Virus record (IMG/VR): IMGVR_UViG_2562617151_000001
Location: 1-11,799 of that record
DNA from: a virus
Lineage: Duplodnaviria > Heunggongvirae > Uroviricota > Caudoviricetes
Length of the DNA: 11,799 nt
Reading direction: 5' to 3' (one strand)
Shown: one piece after another, positions 6,752-11,799 of the stretch
How positions within the stretch are numbered: position 1 is the stretch's first letter
Layout: each line of letters starts with the position of its first letter
Notes under the pieces: model-generated
The model's input: the letters and a program-made list of their open reading frames with translations, nothing else
What the model was told of the DNA's origin: nothing
The model's database searches: none
Made by a program: the position numbers and the translations under genes

Positions 6752-7378
6752 TTAGAGTTCGTATTGAACTCCTTTGACTACACCAATGATAAGGCAATTA
6801 CCATTGATAGGGATGTTGGGATACCGAGGATTTAATGGCACTAAAAACTTTTGAGGGCCATCGATGACTAATTTTTTTACTGTAGCTTCGTTTGTTCCAT
6901 CAAGTCGAGCGATGACTATTTTTCCATGACGAGGTTCTGCATCTGGATCTACAATCACTGTTGCGCCTTCTGGTATTGTTGGGAGGCCATTAGGGTTAGT
7001 CATGGAGTCACCTTTAACCTCTAATGCAAATGAGTTATCACCAATCTTTAATGATGTATCTACCCACTTGTCCACTTCACTAAACACTTCTGCTGCCCTG
7101 CACTCAGTAAACTGCCCAGCCTGAACCCACGATATTACAGGAACTCTGCGCATGTTTGTGACGAGTTTGCCTTCAAACTCAGCACCATAAAGAATGTAAT
7201 CTATTGACGTATTGAAGAACTTCGCTAATTTCGAAAGTGCCTCCCCACCAGGGGTATTGATGTCTTTCTCCCAGTACCCCACAGCAACGTCGCTTACTCC
7301 ACAAAATTTACCCAATTCTTTCTGGGACGTTCCGGTAACTCTTCTCAGAGCTTTTATACGCTGACCAACCGTTTCCAT
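6752..7378 (-). CDS. cI: prophage repressor, CI / P22 C2-like (N-terminal HTH plus C-terminal S24 LexA-like autopeptidase domain), 208 aa
   Basis: ORF METVGQRIKALRRVTGTSQKELGKFCGVSDVAVGYWEKD... (HTH) ... ISWVQAGQF...LEVKGDSMTNP...ATVIVDPDAEPRHGKIVIARLDG.EATVKKL...GNCLIIGVV. Ser-Lys dyad context and overall architecture match the lambda CI / P22 C2 class. Divergent from cro. Confidence 0.92.
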   Translation of the reverse strand: METVGQRIKALRRVTGTSQKELGKFCGVSDVAVGYWEKDINTPGGEALSKLAKFFNTSIDYILYGAEFEGKLVTNMRRVPVISWVQAGQFTECRAAEVFSEVDKWVDTSLKIGDNSFALEVKGDSMTNPNGLPTIPEGATVIVDPDAEPRHGKIVIARLDGTNEATVKKLVIDGPQKFLVPLNPRYPNIPINGNCLIIGVVKGVQYEL

Positions 7379-7396
7379 AGGAGCACCATTTCTTGA

Positions 7397-7468
7397 ATTG
7401 CTAAGTAATCTTAGTTTTTATTGACCAAAGATAGATTTGTAATTAGCATCTAATAAAACTTAGTTTGG
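7397..7468 (+). promoter_or_regulatory. putative O_R / P_R region between cI and cro
   Basis: Near-palindrome CTAAGTAATCTTAG at 7401-7414; CTTAGTT at 7410 and 7459; 9-mer AACTTAGTT at 7457-7465 is identical to 6680-6688. Candidate P_R: -35 TTGACC 7421-7426, 17-nt spacer, -10 TAGCAT 7444-7449, then SD GGAGG 7467-7471 and cro ATG 7476. Confidence 0.45.
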
Positions 7469-7475
7469 AGGGCGT

Positions 7476-7676
7476 ATGACAACTGACGATATCGAAAGCT
7501 ACTTCGGCAGTATTGAGAAAGTTGCTGCTTTTTTCGGCATAACAACTGAAGCCGTTTATCAGTGGCGAAACCGTCCGGGCCAGTTAATTCCAAAAGGACG
7601 TGCAGCAGAAGCTGCATATAGAACTTGCGGACGGTTGCCATTTAAACCTGAGCTTTATGAAAAATCTAATGGATAA
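7476..7676 (+). CDS. cro: Cro-like transcriptional regulator (Cro / YdaS-type HTH), 66 aa
   Basis: [69 protein letters not shown]; a small HTH protein divergently transcribed from the repressor, with an SD in front. Confidence 0.85.
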   Translation: MTTDDIESYFGSIEKVAAFFGITTEAVYQWRNRPGQLIPKGRAAEAAYRTCGRLPFKPELYEKSNG

Positions 7677-8265
7677 ATCGATTAACAGAAACCACAGAAC
7701 GATGAGGCTAACCGTGGGTAAGCATCACTGGAAAGTAGAAAAACAGCCTGAGTGGTACGTGAAAGCTGTCAGAAAAACTATCGCAGCGTTGCCGGGTGGT
7801 TACGCTGAAGCAGCTGACTGGCTGGATGTAACAGAGAACGCATTATTTAACCGCCTTCGTGCCGATGGCGATCAGATTTTCCCGCTGGGATGGGCAATGA
7901 TTTTGCAACGTGCTGGTGGAACTCACTTCATTGCTGACGCTGTGGCGCAGTCTGCAAATGGCGTCTTTGTGTCTCTTCCTGATGTCGAGGATGTGGACAA
8001 CGCCGATATCAACCAACGCCTGCTGGAGGTCATTGAACAGATCGGCAGTTATTCAAAACAGATTCGTTCAGCAATTGAAGACGGTGTAGTGGAACCGCAT
8101 GAGAAGACAGCAATTAACGACGAGCTGTACCTCTCAATTTCGAAGCTGCAGGAGCATGCAGCACTGGTCTACAAAATTTTTTGCATTTCAGAAAGTAATG
8201 ACGCCCGCGAGTGTGCAGCTCCGGGCGCCGTGGCGTGTCGTGACTGTGGAGAAACTAACGCATGA
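7657..8265 (+). CDS. CII-like phage regulatory protein (YdaT / CP76-type); start uncertain
   Basis: ORF ...[73 protein letters not shown]...; lies directly after cro as in lambdoid layouts. Candidate starts are ATG 7657 and ATG 7669 (the latter 5 nt upstream of the cro stop); the track's 7600 start is a GTG only 1 nt after an SD-like AAAGGA and is unlikely. Confidence 0.65.
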   Translation: MKNLMDKSINRNHRTMRLTVGKHHWKVEKQPEWYVKAVRKTIAALPGGYAEAADWLDVTENALFNRLRADGDQIFPLGWAMILQRAGGTHFIADAVAQSANGVFVSLPDVEDVDNADINQRLLEVIEQIGSYSKQIRSAIEDGVVEPHEKTAINDELYLSISKLQEHAALVYKIFCISESNDARECAAPGAVACRDCGETNA

Positions 8266-8440
8266 ACAGTTTAACAACACACTACCGTCGCTCGCAACTG
8301 ATTGCGCTTCCTGTACCGGGTGGAAAAGCGAAGGTGGAGTATTGCTATGCAGTAAATGTACCAGGTGGCAGGGTAATTGTAACCCACAGCTTTGCAGAGT
8401 GGGCTGTGGGTGATTTTAACCGGCAAAAGGAGACAGTCCT

Positions 8441-8620
8441 TTGCGACAAGTTAACCGCTGGTTCAAAGATCACTACGGAGTACCCGTCAGAGTCATTCGT
8501 TGGGAGCCGGAAACACAACGGGTTATCTACCTCCGCGAAGGCTATGAGCATGAATGCTTCAGTCCGCTCGAACAGTTTCGTCGTAAATTCAGGGAAATAG
8601 AGGTCGGTCATGAGCACTAA
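8441..8620 (+). CDS. possible small protein (59 aa) with TTG start; alternative to the ATG-initiated 112-aa ORF 8262..8600
   Basis: AAGGAG sits 8 nt upstream of TTG 8441. The frame gives [59 protein letters not shown], a protein-like composition, ending at TAA 8618-8620 (overlapping the initiator start by 11 nt). It is absent from the ATG/GTG-based track. Confidence 0.35.
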   Translation: MRQVNRWFKDHYGVPVRVIRWEPETQRVIYLREGYEHECFSPLEQFRRKFREIEVGHEH

Positions 8621-9581
8621 ATTAACCGGCTATGTATGGGATGGTTGCGCTGCGTCAGGCATGAAATTATCCAGCGTGGCAATTATGGCCCGCCTGGCTG
8701 ATTTCAGTAATGACGAAGGTGTGTGCTGGCCATCAATTGAAACCATTGCCCGTCAGATTGGCGCGGGGATGAGTACCGTCAGAACGGCTATCGCACGGCT
8801 GGAAGCAGAAGGCTGGTTAACGCGTAAGGCGCGTCGCCAGGGTAACCGCAATGCGTCGAATGTTTATCAGCTTAACGTTGCGAAGCTTCAGGCAGCGGCA
8901 TTTTCTCAATTGTCAGATTCTGACCCGTCAAAATCTGACGCATCAAAATCTGACCCGTCAAAATCTGACGCATCAAAATCTGACCCGTCAAAATTTGATG
9001 CGTCGAAATCTGGCAAAAAAGCGGGTTTTCACCCGTCAGAATCTGGCGGGGATCCGTCAGTAAAATCAAAACATGATCCGTCAGATAAAAAAACTTCTCG
9101 TCCGGACGCTTCGCAACCGGACACGCAGACGGCTGAACAGGAGTTTTTAACTCGCCATCCTGATGCGGTTGTATTCAGCCCTAAAAAGCGCCAGTGGGGA
9201 ACGCAGGATGATTTGACCTGCGCACAGTGGCTCTGGAAAAAAATCATCGCCCTGTACGAGCAGGCCGCCGAATGTGACGGCGAGGTGGTTCGTCCCAAAG
9301 AACCGAACTGGACAGCCTGGGCAAACGAAATTCGCCTGATGTGTGTGCAGGATGGTCGTACTCACAAACAAATCTGCGAGATGTACAGCCGCGTCAGCCG
9401 CGATCCGTTCTGGTGCCGTAACGTGCTCAGCCCGTCGAAGCTGCGGGAAAAATGGGATGAGCTTTCCCTGCGCTTATCGCCGTCCGTCAGCACGTACACA
9501 GAAAAACGCGAAGACCCGTACTTCAAAGCCAGTTACGACAACGTGGACTACAGCCAGATCCCGGCAGGATTCAGGGGGTGA
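8610..9581 (+). CDS. phage replication initiation protein (lambda O-like role; N-terminal HTH, internal iteron-encoded linker), 323 aa
   Basis: N-terminus [70 protein letters not shown] is a typical helix-turn-helix replication-protein domain. The internal SDPSKSDASKSDPSKSDASK stretch is encoded by a 15-bp iteron array, the lambdoid ori-within-initiator arrangement. SD AGAGG precedes ATG 8610. Confidence 0.85.
   Translation: MSTKLTGYVWDGCAASGMKLSSVAIMARLADFSNDEGVCWPSIETIARQIGAGMSTVRTAIARLEAEGWLTRKARRQGNRNASNVYQLNVAKLQAAAFSQLSDSDPSKSDASKSDPSKSDASKSDPSKFDASKSGKKAGFHPSESGGDPSVKSKHDPSDKKTSRPDASQPDTQTAEQEFLTRHPDAVVFSPKKRQWGTQDDLTCAQWLWKKIIALYEQAAECDGEVVRPKEPNWTAWANEIRLMCVQDGRTHKQICEMYSRVSRDPFWCRNVLSPSKLREKWDELSLRLSPSVSTYTEKREDPYFKASYDNVDYSQIPAGFRG
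8919..9008. repeat. iteron array: six tandem 15-bp units alternating TCTGACCCGTCAAAA / TCTGACGCATCAAAA; probable prophage origin of replication
   Basis: Units at 8919, 8934, 8949, 8964, 8979 and 8994 (the last degenerate), with degenerate copies flanking (8911-8918, 9009-9023) and GATCCGTCAG repeated at 9051 and 9075, followed by an A-rich stretch at 9084-9095. Located inside the initiator CDS. Confidence 0.85.
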
Positions 9582-9583
9582 TC

Positions 9584-10072
9584 ATGAGTCTTTTGAATGA
9601 AGTTCAGAAATACATTGAAGCCCATCCGGGGTGTACTTCCGGAGACATTGCGGATGCTTTTGCAGGTTACTCACGGCAGCGCGTTCTGCAGTCAGCAAGC
9701 AAGTTACGTCAGAGTGGGCGTGTGGCTCACCGTTGTGAAGGGGATACACGCAGACATTTCCCGCGCCTGACTGAGAGAGCGCAGGAGGCGGAACCGCAAC
9801 CAGTTCGTGAAACCAGACCTGTGCGCAATTTCTATGTCGGCACTAACGACCCGCGGGAGATTTTGTGCCTGACCCGCCAGGCTGAAGAACTGGAGTCCAG
9901 GGGCTTATACCGTCGTGCTGCAACGGTGTGGATGGCGGCATTCCGTGAAAGCCACTCCCAGCCAGAACGAAACAATTTTCTGGCGCGTCGTGAGCAGTGT
10001 TTACGGAAAAGCAGCAAGCGCGCTGTATCGAGTGATGAGTGGTATCTGTCAGGGAATTACGTGGGGGCGTAA
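9584..10072 (+). CDS. PerC-family (Pch-like) regulator domain protein with an N-terminal winged-helix-like region, 162 aa
   Basis: C-terminal LTRQAEELESRGLYRRAATVWMAAFRESHSQPERNNFLARREQCLRK matches the PerC/Pch signature (LE..GLWRRAA..W ... RR..C). ATG 9584 is preceded by GGGGG; the GTG 9578 in the track is less likely. The stop overlaps the next start as TAATG. Confidence 0.6.
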   Translation: MSLLNEVQKYIEAHPGCTSGDIADAFAGYSRQRVLQSASKLRQSGRVAHRCEGDTRRHFPRLTERAQEAEPQPVRETRPVRNFYVGTNDPREILCLTRQAEELESRGLYRRAATVWMAAFRESHSQPERNNFLARREQCLRKSSKRAVSSDEWYLSGNYVGA

Positions 10073-10398
10073 TGACGACGTTAACTCAATGCCAGCAGCA
10101 GGTGCTGGATATGCTGATTTCTTATCAGAAAGAGCGTGGCTTTCCGCCAACCAATCAGGAGGTGGCAACCATGCTGGGATACCGTTCAGTGAATGCAGCG
10201 GTAGAGCATCTTCGCGCACTGGAGAAAAAAGGCGTCATCACGATAAAGCGTGGCGTGGCCCGGGGGATAACGCTTCATACCGCGGTGAAGGACGACGACA
10301 GCGAGGCGGTCGGGATTATCCGCGCACTGCTTGCCGGTGAGGAAAACGCAAGGTTGCGTGCAACCCACTGGTTACATGAGAGGGGCCTGAAAGTATGA
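10072..10398 (+). CDS. LexA N-terminal DNA-binding-domain protein without the S24 peptidase domain, 108 aa
   Basis: MTTLTQCQQQVLDMLISYQKERGFPPTNQEVATMLGYRSVNAAVEHLRALEKKGVITIKRGVARGITL aligns by eye with the LexA DNA-binding domain (LexA: ...[55 protein letters not shown]...). No Ser/Lys peptidase domain follows. Confidence 0.7.
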   Translation: MTTLTQCQQQVLDMLISYQKERGFPPTNQEVATMLGYRSVNAAVEHLRALEKKGVITIKRGVARGITLHTAVKDDDSEAVGIIRALLAGEENARLRATHWLHERGLKV

Positions 10399-10784
10399 AG
10401 CTGATCCTGCCTTTTCCGCCCAGCGTGAACACGTACTGGCGACACCCCAACAAAGGGGCGTTTGCAGGTAAGAGCCTGATAAGCGCGGCGGGGCGCAAAT
10501 TCCAGAGCGCGGCGTGTGCAGCAATAGTTGAGCAGTTACGTCGTCTGCCAAAACCAACGTCGGCACCTGCTTCAGTGGAGATCGTGTTGTTTCCTCCGGA
10601 TAACCGGATCCGCGATCTGGACAACTATAACAAGGCGCTGTTTGACGCCCTGACCCACGCGGGTGTGTGGGAAGACGACAGCCAGGTGAAAAGAATGCTG
10701 GTGGAGTGGGGACCGGTTATCCCGGAAGGGAAGGTCGAGATCACTATCAGTAAGTACGAGAAAACGGCGGGTGCAGCCGCCTGA
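10395..10784 (+). CDS. rusA: Holliday-junction resolvase RusA (crossover junction endodeoxyribonuclease), 129 aa
   Basis: MKLILPFPPSVNTYWRH...DNRIRDLDNYNKALFDALTHAGVWEDDSQV... follows the RusA pattern (PP..N.YYRH ... RRDLDN..K...DALT.AG.W.DD.QV). ATGA overlap with the upstream stop; typical nin-region gene. Confidence 0.88.
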   Translation: MKLILPFPPSVNTYWRHPNKGAFAGKSLISAAGRKFQSAACAAIVEQLRRLPKPTSAPASVEIVLFPPDNRIRDLDNYNKALFDALTHAGVWEDDSQVKRMLVEWGPVIPEGKVEITISKYEKTAGAAA

Positions 10785-10803
10785 TCAAGAGGAGAAACGA
10801 AGT

Positions 10804-11247
10804 ATGAATAATCTGATGGTCATTGATGGTATTGAAGTTCGTCGTGATGCTTATGGGCGTTACAGCCTGAACGATCTGCATCGCGCAGCAGTAGCATCTG
10901 GTGCAAATGCCAGAACCAAGGAGCCGGGAAAGTTTCTTTCCAGCCAACAAACTGTTGAGCTTGTTCATGAATTGACCAACACCCAGAATTTGGGTGTTGA
11001 CCCGGTGAGTGTGATTCATGGGGGAAATGAACGGGGAACTTATGTCTGCAAGGAACTGGTGTATGCCTATGCAATGTGGATCAGCCCGTCATTCCATCTG
11101 AAGGTGATCCGTACTTTCGACATGGTAACCAGCGCACCGGAAAAATTATCCGGACAGGCTGCTGACAAGATGCAGGCTGGTGTGATTCTGCTGGACTTTA
11201 TGCGTCGGGAGTTACCCGAACCGCGACAAGCCCTATATCCGGAGTAA
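10804..11247 (+). CDS. KilA-N domain protein, 147 aa
   Basis: Start at MNNLMVIDGIEVRRDAYGRYSLNDLHRAA (ATG 10804, SD AAGAGGAG 9 nt upstream); the GTG 10771 in the track is unlikely. ...GTYVCKELVYAYAMWISPSFHLKVIRTF fits the conserved KilA-N C-terminal block. Confidence 0.7.
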   Translation: MNNLMVIDGIEVRRDAYGRYSLNDLHRAAVASGANARTKEPGKFLSSQQTVELVHELTNTQNLGVDPVSVIHGGNERGTYVCKELVYAYAMWISPSFHLKVIRTFDMVTSAPEKLSGQAADKMQAGVILLDFMRRELPEPRQALYPE

Positions 11248-11250
11248 TCC

Positions 11251-11799
11251 ATGCATCGTATAGACACGAAAACCGCGCAGAAGGATAAGTTCGGCGCGGG
11301 TAAGAACGGTTTTACCCGTGGTAACCCCCAGACAGGCACGCCTGCCACCGATCTGGATGATGACTACTTTGACATGTTGCAGGAGGAGCTTTGCAGCGTG
11401 GTGGAGGCATCCGGTGCCAGCCTAGAGAAGGGGCGGCACGACCAGTTGCTTACCGCGCTTCGTGCGCTGCTGTTAAGCCGCAAGAATCCGTTTGGCGATA
11501 TCAAATCGGACGGCACGGTGAAAACGGCTCTCGAAAACCTTGGTTTGGGAGAAGCGGCGAAAAGGGATGTGGGCACAGGAGATAATCAGATACCGGATAT
11601 GGGAGCATTCGCTTCTGGTTCGGGATGGTTCAGGCTACCAGGTGGATATATTGTTCAGTTTGGCACTTTTTCAGGAAACACGACCCGCTTTATCAGTGGA
11701 CACTTCCCTATACCATTCCCTAATCAGCCGATGGTTTCAGTCAGTGTTATGTCTGATGCCGTTCAGTCAGACCCGTCGAATCCTCGCCCCGCAGGTTTT
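11251..11799 (+). CDS. tail-fibre-like protein, N-terminal 183 codons; 3' end beyond the window
   Basis: ATG 11251 with GGAG 7 nt upstream; open to the window end (absent from the track because there is no stop). Translation [74 protein letters not shown]...[21 protein letters not shown] resembles phage tail-fibre proteins by recollection; the family assignment is tentative. Confidence 0.5.
   Translation, partial: MHRIDTKTAQKDKFGAGKNGFTRGNPQTGTPATDLDDDYFDMLQEELCSVVEASGASLEKGRHDQLLTALRALLLSRKNPFGDIKSDGTVKTALENLGLGEAAKRDVGTGDNQIPDMGAFASGSGWFRLPGGYIVQFGTFSGNTTRFISGHFPIPFPNQPMVSVSVMSDAVQSDPSNPRPAGF

Larger units (their letters stand above)
1445..11799. mobile_element. P22-like lambdoid prophage, left part; attL at the thrW 3' end, right end beyond the window; probably deleted/cryptic
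   Basis: A tyrosine integrase reads inward directly downstream of thrW, followed by xis, an early-left cassette, a cI/cro immunity region, a replication module with iterons, and nin-type genes (rusA, kilA-N). A tail-fibre-like ORF follows with no late-regulation, lysis or morphogenesis genes in between. Confidence 0.85.

Noticed and set aside
7600-7656. The upstream GTG start at 7600 for the CII-like ORF, giving 221 aa and a 77-nt overlap with cro.
   Set aside because: It is a GTG only 1 nt after an SD-like AAAGGA (spacing too short) and would overlap cro extensively; the in-frame ATGs at 7657 and 7669 are more plausible.
8851-9069. Track ORFs 8851..9063 (+) and 8872..9069 (-) with repetitive NLTHQNLTRQ / ILTGQILMRQ translations; the same region could also be mistaken for a CRISPR array.
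   Set aside because: They are alternative-frame readings of the 15-bp iteron array inside the replication initiator gene. The repeats are contiguous with no unique spacers and there is no cas context, so this is neither a separate gene nor a CRISPR.
9915-10340. Plus-strand ORF 9915..10340 (141 aa) overlapping the PerC-like and LexA-DBD-like genes in a third frame.
   Set aside because: The translation is R/G-rich low complexity, whereas the two other frames give recognisable domains with coupled start/stop codons.
10186-11576. Several minus-strand ORFs (10186..10368, 10316..10624, 10372..10566, 10747..11019, 10820..11074, 11067..11348, 11364..11576) and plus-strand 11391..11585.
   Set aside because: All are antisense or out-of-frame overlaps of the LexA-DBD-like, rusA, kilA-N and tail-fibre-like genes, with H/R/C/P-rich translations and no ribosome-binding sites.

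Overview
The window covers the chromosomal proA–thrW locus of an E. coli-like enterobacterium, followed by about 10.4 kb of a P22-like lambdoid prophage integrated at tRNA-Thr (thrW). All calls rest on reading the sequence and on recalled protein families; no searches were run. Layout: proA (+, 1-1254); thrW (+, 1369-1444); int, xis and a five-gene early-left cassette resembling K-12 CPS-53 yfdT/S/R/Q/P (all on -, 1459-5423, with overlapping stop/start codons); an unexplained ~1.3 kb island (5424-6590); the immunity region with a CI-type repressor (-) and Cro (+) flanked by repeated CTTAGTT operator motifs; early-right genes (CII-like, replication initiator with an internal iteron array, PerC-like, LexA-DBD-only protein, RusA, KilA-N); and a tail-fibre-like ORF running off the window end. 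No Q, lysis, terminase or head genes lie between the nin-like genes and the tail-fibre ORF, so the element looks deleted or cryptic. The best candidate for something undescribed is the island at 5424-6590: a GC-rich, strongly structured non-coding block, an AT-rich 144-aa ORF of no recognisable family on the opposite strand to the early-left operon and preceded by tandem direct repeats, and a convergent, 3'-overlapping 68-aa ORF in the position phage N would occupy.
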